A DNA stretch of 63,928 nucleotides, filler included, from Octopus bimaculoides (Eukaryota), in NCBI RefSeq assembly GCF_001194135.2. It is 4 parts of 3 records of this genome, joined end to end, with 100 filler letters (N's around TTAATTAATTAA, not from the genome) between each part and the next. Parts side by side here need not be neighbours in the genome. Positions count along the whole stretch, not along the records: positions 19,708 to 34,400 come from NC_069007.1; positions 34,501 to 52,280 come from NC_068983.1; 2 more parts are not named here. One strand, written 5' to 3'. A program made the position numbers and the translations under genes. The notes beneath the pieces were generated by a model. That model ran no database searches and was not told where the DNA came from. It saw only the letters and a list, made by a program, of their open reading frames with translations. Positions 25,191 to 38,771 of this stretch are shown here, one piece after another; position 1 is the stretch's first letter; each line of letters starts with the position of its first letter.

Positions 25191-26107
25191 CTGGTGATGA
25201 CAAGAACAAACTACAAAGAGAGCATGACAGACAGATCGGAGAGAAACTTCTGCACGGCCAATTTTGGTGAGCCACTGAAGACATGTGTGGAATAAAATCC
25301 TGGGCTTCGTTATAAAAGGGGCAATTGAAAAAAAAAAAGCAAAAAAACAGAGAACCTGATTGTAGCAGCCCAAGATCAAGCGATAAAATCAAACAACTCG
25401 AGAAAAAAATATTCATGGAGAGAATGTGTCAGAAAAATATGGAACCAGTGGAACTTGGAACAAGATTGTAGCACATTATGGTGGAATGCTCCAAGTTGGC
25501 ACAGGAAAAATATAAGAAATGGAGGCACGAGCAGATTGTTATACACTGGAAACTGTGCCAGAAATGGGGATTGAAGCTGGAAACGCATGGTACAATTATC
25601 GAGTTGAAAGAGTACTGGAGTCGGAGAAATGTAAGATTTTGTGGGACTTTTCTAATCAAATGGACAACAAATTAGAAAGTAATGGACCAGACGTAACAAT
25701 TATAGATAAGGAAAAGCGAAGTTGCTTACTTATCGACCCATCATGCCCGTTTGATTCCAGGATCGTAAAGAAAGAGGAAGAAAAACAAACAAACAAAAAA
25801 TCTAATCCCTTAAAGTTTGAAATAGGAAGAATTTAGGGTATGCGAACAGTAAATGTCTTGCCTATAATAATTAGTGCGTTGCGAACAGTAAGAAAAGATG
25901 TAGACAAATAGCTGAAAGAGATTGGAATAGAATGGCCAGTAGAGTTCCTACAGAAAGTTTGTCTCTTAGAGACAGCAAAGATTATCAGGAGGGTTCTAAG
26001 CACTTGAAAGACTACTGAAAACTTGGAGATATCTAAGATTACAAGTAGTAACCCGCTATCCATATAATTCCTACCAGGAATAAGACCAAACCTGAGCCAA
26101 ACCAAAC
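25191..26107 (+). mobile_element. R4/Dong-clade LINE 3' part, further subfamily
   Basis: LHGQFW...WHEQIVIHWKLCQKWG...KILWDFSNQMDNKLESNGPDVTIIDKEKRSCLLIDPSCPFD...LQKVCLLETAKIIRRVL; flanked by (GAT/AAT)n and (TAA)n. Confidence 0.85.
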
Positions 26108-26201
<94 letters not shown>

Positions 26202-26202
26202 A

Positions 26203-27465
26203 GTGGTTATCATCTGACGTGTATGGATGAGTTGAAACTTTACGGAGCCAGCAGTGGTCAATTGGATTCCCTTATTCAGTCCGTACGAAATTTCTCTCGA
26301 ATCATCCAGATAACATTTAGTATAGAGAAACGCGCTGTTATTGAACTGAGGAAAGGCGAAAAGTAGACAGCAGCGGAAAATGACTTCAAGATGATGAGCA
26401 GATAGGAAAAGCGAACGATGAAGGTTACAAGTTTCTCAGTGTTTTGCATCTAGGCCAGACGCTGAACACCAATATAAAGGAAAAAAATCCTTCTGAATAT
26501 AGCAGAAGAGTTAAAAAAGTTATGCAGGCCTAACTAAATGGAGGGACCCTGATCATCAACTGTGTTACGTTACTATGCAGGAATTGTGAAACGGACAAAG
26601 GAAGAAGTTGTCAACTTGGACAGATAAAACTAGGAAAGTTATGGCTAGGCACGAGGGCCTTCATACTAGAAGTAACGTAGCAAAGCTATACTTATCTGGG
26701 AAGGAAGGTGGAAGAAGACTGGTTGGGATAGAAGATAGTGTTGTGAAGGAGGTCAAGTCTTTGCATGCCTATCGGAAGAATAATGATGAAAGAATGTTGC
26801 AGGCTTCTCTGAGTGAGAAGGGGATCAGTGACAATTGTGAGATCCTCCAGTAGTCCAATATGAGGACTAACAGAGAAAAGATTATCAACAGGGAAAAGAT
26901 TATCAACTAGAAAGAGAAAGTCCTACACAGAGAGTTTTTCAACAAACAGTAGGTGAAGCTGATAAAGAAGTATGGACTAGAATGTTCCAACAAGTGGTAC
27001 GAACACCAACCTTTGCTAGTAGCAGAGAATAATCAGGTAAAATTCTCATGGGATGTGCCGATATGTACAGACAAAACACCGCAACATAACTGACCAGGTA
27101 TGACTTTTCTACTGAAGGAATCCAAAGAATGGACCTTCATTGAAGCTGGTATACCAGAACATTGTGAAGACAGAGGACGAGAACGTAAGGCAGAACCAAA
27201 ACCTAGGATTGGGTGATTAAAGAATCCATAGAGCATCAAAAGTGAGTATGGTTCCTATTGTGATCAATGCATTTGGAACCGTCTCAAAAGGAGCAATATT
27301 CTGGCACTAAAAGCTGCAAATACCAAACTTTTTAGGAAGTATTCAGGTGACAGCCATATTTGGAACAGTTCATGTGTTGAGTAAAGTGTTGCGTCTCTAA
27401 GCTGCGGGGTGGAGCTGGGACGTGACATAGACATAGATAAACCAGGAGAAGTTAAGTGAATAAAA
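26203..27465 (+). mobile_element. R4/Dong-clade LINE, 5'-truncated at the RT catalytic motif, degenerate
   Basis: HLTCMDELKLYGA...GLHTRSNVAKLYLSGKEGGRRLVGIED...RPGMTFLLK...TAIFGTVHVLSKVL; ends in AATAAT shared with the adjacent SINE tail. Confidence 0.8.
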
Positions 27466-27473
27466 ATAATAAT

Positions 27474-27628
27474 TCTTTCTACTAGATGTACAAGGCCTGA
27501 AATATTTTGGAAAGGGGTCTAATCGATTAGATCGATCTCAGTGCTTCATTAGTATTTACTTTATCGACTCGAAAAGGACGAAAGCCTTTAAACATCGACG
27601 TGATAACGATTCTGCCAGCCCGCTGCCG
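27474..27628 (-). mobile_element. Short SINE (OR-like, internally deleted), tail-to-tail with the Dong copy
   Basis: CTTTCTACTAGATGTACAAGGCCTG...TCGATTAGATCGATCTCAGTG...ACGATTCTGCCAGCCCGCTGCC. Confidence 0.7.
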
Positions 27629-27681
27629 CAACAACAACAACAACGACAACAACAACGACAACAACGACGACGATGACGATG

Positions 27682-29505
27682 ATGTTTTTCTTCATGACCA
27701 CCACCAAAGGTTCATAAAAACATTGGGTATGGTACAGGGCAATACGTTGCGGGATTACATAAGAGAGCATGCAGAAAAGCAACAAAAGTAAAATAGATTC
27801 CAACAATTAATAATCCCCCCACCAAAAGAGGTAGACTTCCTAGGGCTGCTCGTGGAAACCCCATAAAATCACGGTTACCCTAACTGCTAGTCAAGTGCTT
27901 TCTTCTCATCGTCTACTTTCAATCTAGAGGTGTATGCTTAATGTAGGCCCCTTTACTCAGGCCGTCTTTGCCACATTAACCCACCTTTCAATAGATCTGA
28001 GGGAAAGCAGCACTTCTCGCTCAACCCTTGCTTTCCTTCTCAAGTGAAACTTGAAGAAGTTGATGAGGAATTGGCCAAAGAGGAAAATGTCTGTTTTCGG
28101 CCCTTTCAATCTAGTCTACCACATAACTGGTTTTTGCTAGGGCCATCGAATAAATAAACATTGCCTGCTCGTCTCGGACAATTGAAGGTTGGGTACGTTC
28201 TTCACAATGGACTCAGCCGATTGCCAGTTTCGTCCTACACACCTCGGCAGGTGTTAGATACATATTCACAAATCAACAATGCTCGGGCTCTGAACGAGTT
28301 CGTGCAGAACAGATTCGTCACTGTGTATGCATATCGAGTAGGACCGATTGACGGCACTTCCATACTTGTAGAGTTTATCTCGAACAGGCAATACCCCCCG
28401 ATAGCAATGTCAAGTCAAGGATTTATGGGAATTAATGGACTCAGGCTCGAAAGTTCTCCGGAACAGACAAGCCAGTTGATTCTCATCGATGATCAGAGTT
28501 TCCCCAAGAACCTTTTTTTTTGCATGTCACTAATACCCTGTAGAACACCCGTCACATTACCCGACTGATAGAGGCTTATGAGTACTTAACAACATTCCAG
28601 GCGCCAAGCATCCAGTCTTGGTCTTTGCTTGACCCAAGATAGCAATTCTTTCAAAGAGAAGAATTGTGGAAAAACGCACTTGACAAACGGTGACCACACC
28701 TGATACTTTCAAGGGAACTGCTGTCGCAACCTCTGTACATGCCGACGTATCATCATCCACGGCATGTCCAGCTCTCCACTCGGAGTGTGTTGATTGTAAG
28801 TGGTACACGTCCCTTATTAAACATGGAAGAATAGACGTTCCTGTCAGACATGAACTGGGACAAACACTTCGGTCAAACGGTAGCAGAAGACGGAGATGTG
28901 TAAGTGTTTGTCACCTCAGCCACATTTTTCAGGGATATCTTCCTCTCGGCTCATTTCTGGGTGAGACTAACCACGCTACACGTCACCTGTCTCAGTTCTC
29001 CACTTGAAGGTCTGGACCAAATTAGACCTCGAGTAATTTAATCGGGCTGTATGTCCATCGCTCCACAACACTGATGACCGGGATAAACATGCCTCTCCAA
29101 TGCCCCGCTGTAGGCCCACTAACGTCTTGGTTGAATTTGGCTCTTGTCACCCCCTCGTAGTTCCTTAAAGCGGAGCCGATCACCTCAATGTCCTTGATGT
29201 CCGATGCTATGACGCTGATGCCGTCCACATCTATTGATACAGATGTCCTCAATGTCTCTAATTTCTGCCGCAGTGGCTCAAGAATTAGTACATACAGAAG
29301 AAGCAAGAGGAAAAAATCTTGACGGGCCGAGTGCTTGATACTGAAGGATTTCTATTAGTCGCCGTACATTACGACAATCCAATCCCCAAAGACGAGACCA
29401 AAACCAGCTTTGGCGAGGACAACTGCCAAGTAGTGGTAGTCGACCCTATCGAAAGCTTTTGGTTGATCTAAATCGAGTGATCAGGGCCCCAGCTTTGTGG
29501 AATAC
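27682..29505 (-). mobile_element. L1/Tx1-clade LINE, 5'-truncated ORF2 (RT to C-terminus) plus 3' UTR
   Basis: Minus strand KAFDRVDYHYLAVVLAKAGF (RT subdomain), LLYVLILEPLRQKLE, YEGVTRAKFN; ORF2 end VEREVL...IERWVNVAK; U-rich 3' UTR; many frameshifts. Confidence 0.8.
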
Positions 29506-29707
29506 ATAGAGGAAAAAGAAAGGAGAGAAAAACAAAAATAATCTGATATGAGTTACGTGACAAAGAAAATAATACAAAGATGAATAAAACCTATCATTAT
29601 GCGTGGGTTGAATGGATAAATCTTCGACCTACGATAGATTACCGTGTGTGTGGGTGTGAGAGAGCGAGAGAGCGAAAGAGAGAAAGTAAGAGAGAGAGAG
29701 AGAAAGT

Positions 29708-29738
<31 letters not shown>

Positions 29739-30391
29739 NNNNNNNNNNNNNNNNNNNNNNNNNNNNNNNNNNNNNNNNNNNNNNNNNNNNNNNNNNNNNN
29801 NNNNNNNNNNNNNNNNNNNNNNNNNNNNNNNNNNNNNNATATATATGCATATATGGGTACAGGACGTTACCAACTGTAAACAACATGAAGTCCGAAAACA
29901 AAAAGAATTAAACACGCAAACGAAAGAAAAAAAGATGGAAAACAGAACAGGTAACACAAAGAACGACCCTTCATCAGTTACTGGCTGTCTATCTACTCCT
30001 CATTTTGAGCATTCAATGATAATATGAGTCTTCGAAGACAGCTAAATTTTGGATTTATGGAGGGTCAAAATTGGGAACAAAAACAAGATAGTGGAGACAT
30101 AAGGAAACTGAACGAAAAACGTGGAGGGTCGTTAGACCAGAATGAGGGGAAATAGTGAACGCTGGGAGAAATATTTTCTTTGAAAAGAGAAAAGTTAGAG
30201 GAGTGAGGTAGAAGATATCCAGTCCAAAGGACATCGTGCAGGGAAAGATGGTCACCTGAGGAAAGAAAGATGGACGATGGTCAAGTGTGAGGAACGAGTG
30301 AGAGAGAGGAAAAGAGAAATAGGGAGAGAGACAGACAAATAGAAAACGGTGAAGGGGGAGAAAAGGGGAATTAGAGAAGGATGGCGGGAGA

Positions 30392-30523
30392 ATATAATTG
30401 TTAAAGAGGACAACAGAGATTAAGGCAAGGCAAACATCTCAAGTCGTATCCAATAATAATACTGTATAACACTTCAGATGTTTGCCTTGCCTTAATGTTT
30501 GTTGTCCTCTTTAACAATTATAT
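30392..30523. repeat. Inverted repeat, 48-bp arms (2 mismatches) around a 36-nt spacer
   Basis: ATATAATTGTTAAAGAGGACAACAGAGATTAAGGCAAGGCAAACATCT (30392-30439) against its reverse complement at 30476-30523. Confidence 0.95.
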
Positions 30524-33027
30524 ATCCACTGCATCGGAAATCTGCGATGGCTCCATAACTGCCGTCTCGGCTACAACCTTGGAGCTCTAATAATCTGTTA
30601 CAGCATTTACCTAACGTACCTAATCATTTAGAGATCACCTGTGAACTAAAACTCCATACTTTATATATATGATGTACAATATATGGATTTATATAATCCA
30701 GTGGTAATCACAATAAAAGCTCCATTAGTGGATCAGACTATAAACCACATAGCAAAGAAATACATAGGAGAGTAATGTGCAGTTGAAATCCAATAAATCC
30801 AACCAGTGAAAATTATTTCATGGGGAGAACATAGAATGTAAGCGACGTATGGCCATCCCTGACAGGAAAAGGATTAGTATCGAAAGATCGCCAGATGTAT
30901 GTATTGTATATGTAATAATTAAATTATGCCCTTTATTGTGTTTTGTTATGCACATGATCCCTAAAACGGTTGGGGTCCCCAGTTCCAAGCACCATTCTTT
31001 CTCAGTGACAACAAAACGGCGTGTGTTCCTTGGTGCTTCTAAACATTTCTCTGATCACAACTAAAACAAAACCATGTCTTCTCCCTCTCTCTCAATACAT
31101 CGAAACCGAAATATAAGAAACAACTTACATGATTCCAGATACCAATGTTCACCTGTCATGGATAAATTCTTGAAAACAAACAACCAAAAACAACAAAATC
31201 TCGTTTTCTTCTCCGGAACAAATTTACTCAAGTTTATATCGTTTTGGACTTTTTACACCGGAGAAGGTACAAACCGGAAGTACGCTTTTAACTCCCTTTA
31301 GTTTTCCATTTTCTTTCTTATTTCCTCTCTCTCTATTTCTCTCTCTATTTCTCTCTCTCTCTCTCTCTATCTGATTCCATTTCTTTTTACAGGCTCTACT
31401 CCCTCTTTCATTCTCCGTCTCTCTCACTATATTCCTTTTCTGTTTCTTATTCCTTTATACACCTCTTTTTATCTTTCTCTCACACTCAGTATTTCTATCT
31501 TTCAAATTCCATTGTTTCTTACCAGTTTTACACCCCTCTCTCTGTATCCCCCTTTCCCTTTTTTCTTTGTTTTTCTTATCCCTTTTTACCTCTCTCTCTC
31601 TCTCTTTCTCTCTACTGTTATTAGTCTCTCTCCCTGCTTTCTTCTCCTGCTTCATATTTTGTCCATTTCATTTTTTAAAAATCTTTCTCAGGATCTTTTC
31701 TCATTTCTTCCGAAAGTATTAAAAAATTTGCGAGTATTTTCCATCGAAAGTCACTCAGAAAATTACAATTATTTTTCGAGAAATTAAGACAAAAAATTTT
31801 TTTTTTCTTTATTAGAGGCAATAGTTGTAGGCAGTTCCTATTTTTTACGCTTTTTTTTTTTTGCCTTCAGGATATAACAGTCTAGGAGTACAATGTGTTG
31901 TATTGAGAGAAAGTTGGCTGTTATTTCTAGCAGGTCGAACAACCGCGTAGTGACTCCCGTAGAGAAAAAGAATTATTTTAGCCGTGATTGAGTTGACCAG
32001 TTTTTTTTCCAGAAATGACAATCCCATCATATCCAGGATTATATTTGTAAAAATTAACACTTCCTTCTCCAAGCCAAGATTCGAAACCGAATCTAAGAAT
32101 TTTCGGTCATCCAAACCACCACGATCAACAGGTTTTCTTTGTCCTATCAAAAAGTGATTGATTATCTCCCTTTGACCTACAACCTAAGCCATGTAAGGCG
32201 AAGTTCAAATGGACAGGAGCTGACCTATTTAGGTACAAACTCTATTGCAGTATGTCTGCCCTTCTAGCTGCCACGATTATTATAAATATGGTGGTCAACA
32301 GACAGAGAGGAGAAGGGCCTAGCAGTCAAAGTAGGACGGTATACAACACAACAGCTTTTCGCAGAGACTAGAGCAATGTTCAAAGTTCCACAGTAGACTA
32401 CTGTCTCATGAACTACGTACACATACACACACACACACAAACATATATTCATTCCTGACATATCATTTCCACAGATGTACCCTGTTTCTATTTCTAGCAA
32501 CTCGTAGCAGTTGACAATATTTTGCATGTCGTGAAGAATTATGTGTACCAACTACAAATGAAGTCCAGCGAATAAATTATTTTTAATTATGAATCAATTC
32601 ACTCATTTGTTTACTTCAAAGGTATACACATTCCTTGTTCATCTGTTTACCATGATACACATTTAACCACTACATATTCATTAACTCTTTTAAAGATAGA
32701 ATTTGCGTAAAACTTCAGGTTTTTGAATTGACCGGCAGTGAATTCGCAAGATGTTTAGCAGCTTTTACTTACTAAATTAATTAATTCATTTGTAAATCAT
32801 GTTCTTTCTCACGAATAAAACAGAGATAGGAATACTTTTAATAAATTGCTTCAGAACTGACCTGGAACTAAAGAGCAAAATATTGAACTGATATGATCCT
32901 AGGGAGATATTTTGTCCTGCATGTGCCATTAAAAGACACTAAACTACATCTGGTGATGAGGCTACAGTTTGGGAGTTCTGGAGTTGTGGGGAGCTCCTTA
33001 GCTGCACTGAAAGCAATCATTCTTGGG

Positions 33028-33523
33028 CAAGGATTCTCAACCATTTATTATTTATTGACCCCTTTGATTACCATTTTATTCTGGTGGATCCCTATAGCCA
33101 TTCAATGTTTAAAACTAGTTTTACAGAAACTGCTTTCAAAATTCCTATTTTGTTTTTCACACATTAACTTGTGTAGGTCGAACTATGTAAAATGTTAGAG
33201 AAAGGAACCTAGCTGTTCCCTGCAATACATAACCAATACATACATCTGAAGCAAAATATTTTCATGGGCCCTTAAAATACTACTGTAGGTCCACAGTTTA
33301 CTATTTCGCTCGTGTGGACCCCTTTAATTACTATTTTATTCTGGTGGACCCCTCATAGCCATTTGATATTTAGAAACTAGTTTACTTGTTTTATATAAAC
33401 TTCTTTCAAAATTCCTATTTTCAGGGGCCCTTAAAATATTATTGTGAACTCCCAATTTACTATTTTGTTGTGTAAACCCTCAGAAGTCTCAGAGGCCATA
33501 TGGAGCCCAGTTGAAAACCACTG
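33028..33523. mobile_element. hAT/Charlie-like MITE with internal repeats
   Basis: Degenerate TIRs CAAGGATTCTCAAC (33028) and GTTGAAAACCACTG (33510-33523); internal module GACCCCTTT.ATTAC.ATTTTATTCTGGTGGA.CCC..ATAGCCATT is repeated; no clean 8-bp TSD. Confidence 0.55.
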
Positions 33524-34139
33524 ATCAAGGGTAAGGAAAACTCCAAAATAAATACCTTCTTGCCCCTTCCAACATGGAAGGGTATGGCTAATGAAACTAA
33601 CCTATAATATGTCCAACAAGAGATTGACACTAAGGAGGCAAACTATCTCACGTAAGTGCACATTCTGTCTCAGGCAGAAAAAGTGGGAAGTAATGATGAG
33701 CAGAGAGACACTGAATCAGGCTGTTTACTTTTGTTTTGAAAGAAAATATATATTTCAAATGAAAGTGCACATCTCCCTGTTCTTGTTGTTGTTGTTTAGT
33801 ATGATTAACCCTTTTGTTACCAACCCAGCTGAAACCGGCTCTGGCTCTCAATACAAATGGCCAATACACATAATTTCTCATTCATGATTTCATCCTCATT
33901 ACCAATTGTTATGTCTTTGGGGGTTTTTAATATCTCATTGCCAATAATGTTATGACAATGTAGAAACAGTACTGTACTGTATATTTTCTTTTTATTATTT
34001 TTATAATTTGTATATATTTATTTTATCATAAATGCAAAACAACACCATGGAAGAATCAACATAAGCTTAAATAATAAACCATGATAGGTGATCCACAATA
34101 TGGCGAGGGATTTTTGTGTGTGCATATGTATATATATAT

Positions 34140-34400
34140 CATCATCATCATCATCATCATCATCGTTTAACGTCCGCTTTCCATGCTAGCATGGGTTGGA
34201 CGATTAGACTGAGGACCTTGCTTCCACACCTGAAACTTCTCCTCTAGTTCTGATAGTGACTCCGCAATTAGGGCAAGGTCATCAGCATAGAGGAGCTCCC
34301 AGGGGCAACCTGTCTTGAACTCCTCTGTGATTGCCTGGAGGACTATGATAAATAAGAGGGGGCTGAGGTCGGAACCTTGGTGGACCCCTACCTCTACCCG
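34140..34400 (-). mobile_element. RTE-clade LINE fragment: RT core fused directly to the 3' UTR and (GAT)n tail
   Basis: Stop-free RVEVGVHQGSDLSPLLFIIVLQAITEEFKTGCPWELLYADDLALIAESLSELEEKFQVWKQG, then CCAACCCATGCTAGCATGGAAAGCGGACGTTAAACGATGATGATG. Confidence 0.9.
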
Positions 34401-34621
34401 NNNNNNNNNNNNNNNNNNNNNNNNNNNNNNNNNNNNNNNNNNNNTTAATTAATTAANNNNNNNNNNNNNNNNNNNNNNNNNNNNNNNNNNNNNNNNNNNN
34501 TTTGAAGAAAGAGGAAAAAAAAAACATAATAATAATAATAATAATAATACGGTCAGTCATGATGAGTATACTTCGCCTTGTATATTTTATCCCAGTGTCA
34601 TGTAGCATGTACTACTCACAC

Positions 34622-34704
<83 letters not shown>

Positions 34705-34869
34705 GAACAATGAATTCACGATGATAAACGCGTGTAATGGTGAATAAATAATTCTCTGAAATTTCCCAATCTCCTGTTTTGATATTATTACTTTACAGAT
34801 AATATTTTCCAGTATGGAGCCAAAGTCCTACCGTGTAAACATATATATGTTTATAGATCGAGGAATTTT

Positions 34870-35780
34870 AATATGGCCGGACAAGCGTGAAGCCCAAAAT
34901 TAGAGCAGTGTGCCCATCAAACGCCACTGCTGATGTGAAGGCACGAGTTGCTTCCGAAATGGTTGTGGCAAACTGACGAAAGGACTATCGATGAAGTGGT
35001 ATATGCCCTGCAAATTAGACATGGTTTCTACATGCCAAAACATCTACGAAAAGTTTCGCTTCCAGAAAATCTTTGGGTGACAGATTCCAAAAAGCTTACT
35101 GAAGTGCATAAGCATTATCGAGTGGAGGTCTGCCAACGCTTATTCGTCAGCTATTCAAAGCGTATTTTGGACAGAATAGTCACAGAAGAAGCCCGGGTCT
35201 ATTACGTTGATCCAGAATCCAAAACGCAGATTATGAAGTGGAAACACCCGGAAACGCGAGGGAAGAAGTAACTAAAGACTCAAACTTCCGCAGAAAAACT
35301 GAGGTGAATCATTTCAGGGAAGCATAAGGGCTTATACTGGGTCATTATATGAAGAATGGGTCTAAATACACCAGTGGAGATTACAACGAAATGCTGACTC
35401 ACTAACTGAAACTTAAAATTTGCAGAAAATCACCGAAGTCTATTGTCAAAGTAAATATTACCGTTGTACAACAACATACAGACGGATACAGAGTTCACAG
35501 CATCGAAAAGTTGTGCTTCAAATTGTTGGAGCATCTTGCATACAGTCCTCATCTCGCCACTCCTGACTAACGTAGTTTTGGACTGCTCAAACATTTTTTT
35601 ATGACATCGTCGAATTATTAGGGACGAATATGCACAAGACGTGGTGCATAAATATCTCTGCGAACAAATGGAAACCTTTTTCTCTGATGGAATAAGAAAG
35701 CAGGTGGCCTGCTGGGAGAGGTATTGAAAAGGAAGGTTACTATGCCGAAAAATGTTGTAATTGTTCAACACGCACTTTGA
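34870..35780 (+). mobile_element. Degenerate Tc1/mariner transposase
   Basis: RILDRIVTEEARVYYVDPESKTQIMKWKHP (first catalytic-D region) and LEHLAYSPHLATPD (YSPDL motif), ending EGYYAEK; multiple stops and frameshifts; TIRs not recognised. Confidence 0.85.
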
Positions 35781-35814
35781 TGACAAATACATATACATAC
35801 ATACATACATACAT

Positions 35815-35929
<115 letters not shown>

Positions 35930-36830
35930 TATGTGTGTGTGTGTGTCTGTGTCTGTGTCTGTGTGTCTGTGTGTACGTGCGTGTGCATTAATGTAAACAT
36001 TATTGGTCACGTAGATATAGTATGCTTTACTTAGACGATCCCCTTGCCACAAGTTAGCATCCTGAGTAAGCTTCCTACATGACTTTGACTGCTAAAAGCA
36101 CGGAATGTCTCAAACCAGGTGAGACAACTCCCTTCCAATGACGAATAATAGATATCGATATTTCACCAATACTGTAGCTTATTAAAACCATGGACTCAGG
36201 CCCTCATGGAAGAGAATGAATCGGTGCTCTGTGGCTTCTTTCCAAATAGAGTCAAGTATTTTTGCTAACGTACAGCGATATAGCACAAGTGAAAGAAAAT
36301 TAAGTTACGAATCAAAACAAGCTTTATTTATATAAACACTGTCGGTCACAAATGCATAGTGTGTTTTTATATGGTCATACGCTGTGGTATTGCCACTTGG
36401 TTTTTGCATTTTATTGTCTCTAAACTTTCTTTTAAACATAAAATACAAAATTTATAACCGGCTTTATAGGGCGTAGATTTTCTAATAACTTACCAACATA
36501 GTGTATATTCTATATTTTTATGTTTACGTCCGAAATAAGATTGGATACGAATGTATTGTAACATTTACTTTATGTTTGAAAGAAAAAATGTGTTTATAGT
36601 AGACTTGTTTGAATTTTGTAGATGTAGCACCTATATAGTGGTATGTTTTTTGGTGCGTATGGACGAATCATTAATAAATTATGTTTTCCAAACAACATTA
36701 TTTAAAAACAAGATGTCTTTATTCAGCAACTGCATAATTTATTTGCTCTTATATTGTTATTGCTGTTCGAATGACTATTTCATCTACTTTTAATGATTAT
36801 TATGTTAATTATTATTAATAAGTCCAAACA

Positions 36831-36912
<82 letters not shown>

Positions 36913-36947
36913 TGTGGTAGTAGTAGTAGTAGAAACAGCAGTAATAT

Positions 36948-37033
<86 letters not shown>

Positions 37034-37996
37034 AGTCGATTATTAAAGTAGCTAATATTATTGTTATAATTATCGTCATAGATATTATGGATATTATGGA
37101 TAGTATATTACCAAGTCTTAGTATTACTTCTAGTAATACCAGTTATAGGAATAGTATAAATAGTAATATTATTATGATTAGAAATCGTATTGATATTATT
37201 ATGCTTTTATAGTTTAAAGAAGATAAAACTTCACCTAAATTACGCACTATGAAATGAAATGTTTCTTAAAAACTTTGTGATATTTATTATTTGGCGGAAA
37301 ATCTTCTTCTAATAGCTGAAAGAATAGGAAAAAGTATTTGAGTGGATACATAACGAATTATTGTTTTTCCATTCTTTTTAATGGAATTATTTTTTAATAT
37401 ATCAAGTGGTTTATTATTTGCCGTCCCTAGTGGTTGTTTATCGTTTAACTTATCATTAATACAATCTATTTCATCTTTATGTCCAGCTCTAGATAGAGAT
37501 GTAGTCCTTAGTATGACAGTAAAAAAAAATATATATATCCTTCTTAGCTGCAAATTTAGAAATAAGATGTTAAGTGCTATTTATAATTGAACTTATAATT
37601 GTACGTTAATTATTTGATTTTTTTTATGCATGTATTACAGATTTTCATTGATTTTGTCATACGGTTTATATAAGCCTGAGATTTAGTTGAAAGTGTCACC
37701 CAAGAAATCACCTGTTTTACGAATCTAAGCAACAGTAATCGAAAGCTCCAAATTCTTAGATAATTTTATGTATATATATGTAACAAGTAAAGTTAATCGT
37801 TATATGAATATGACTGTTCAGTGTTATAGGTGCACATTGCGCCCTGAATATCTGGCAAACAGGGAAGCGAACCACTATCACTTTCCAGGAGAAGACAGCA
37901 TTGCGAGACCGACTCGCTTTCGAGCTGGATTTAATCATTCTCAGTCGTTAACACCTGATCGCTAGAGAGATGGCCAGAGTTCTCTCCATCAAGCAT

Positions 37997-38384
37997 TTGT
38001 TGTTGTTGGCACTCAGTCGCTTACGACTTCGAGGGTTCCAGTTGATCCGATCAACGGAACAGCCTGCTCGTGAAATTAACGTGCAAGTGACTGAGCACTC
38101 CACAGACACGTGTACCCTTAACGTAGTTCTCGGGGATATTCAACGTGACACAGTGTGACAAGGCTGGCCCTTTGAATTACAGGCACAAAATAAACAGGAA
38201 GTAAGAGTGAGAGAAAGTTGTGGTGAAAGAGTACAGCAGGGTTCGTCACCATCCCCAACTGGAGCCCCGTGCATCTTTAGGTGTTTTCGCTCAATAAACA
38301 CTGACAGCGCCCGGTCTGGGAATCGAAACCGCGATCCTATGACCGCGAGTCCACTGCCCTAACCACTAGGCCATTGCACCTCCA
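37997..38384 (-). mobile_element. tRNA-derived SINE with a (CAA)n tail
   Basis: Minus head GGAGGTGCAATGGCCTAGTGGTTAGGGCAGTGGACTCGCGGTCATAGGATCGCGGTTTCGATTCCCAGACC (A and B boxes); 3' end GAGTGCCAACAACAAC. Confidence 0.85.
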
Positions 38385-38771
38385 CCCAGCAAGCAATACA
38401 TAGAAAACAATTCCACCATCGCTCACTGATGTGCAACAAGCAGAATAGTTAGTTGTAAAATCTCAGTAAGAGATCATAGCAGTGACTATACTAACAAATC
38501 AATATGGTTCTTCAGTGTTACTAATGTTTTAACTTAATCCACTGTTTTACTAATTCTACGCTTTCTGTTTTATCTTGGTGCCCAAGAGCTTCACTGGCAC
38601 TTTTGGTTACTTGTTAAACAACAATCCTGTACGTGGACTGCAATTGTTTAGCCTTCAGCGCGTGATGTAATGTAGCGGTTACTAGTCCAAGCGAGGTTAC
38701 AATTCATGTCGACTCTATGTTCTCTTCAAGTTTTCAGGAAACATAATTATGCATAGTGTCCTGTCTTTTAT

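Noticed and set aside
29940-30000. CTGATGAAGGG on the minus strand
   Set aside because: No GAAA box or stem II partner follows, so it cannot form a hammerhead.
33805-33850. TTAA-CCC piggyBac-like terminus
   Set aside because: No matching second end or transposase sequence nearby.
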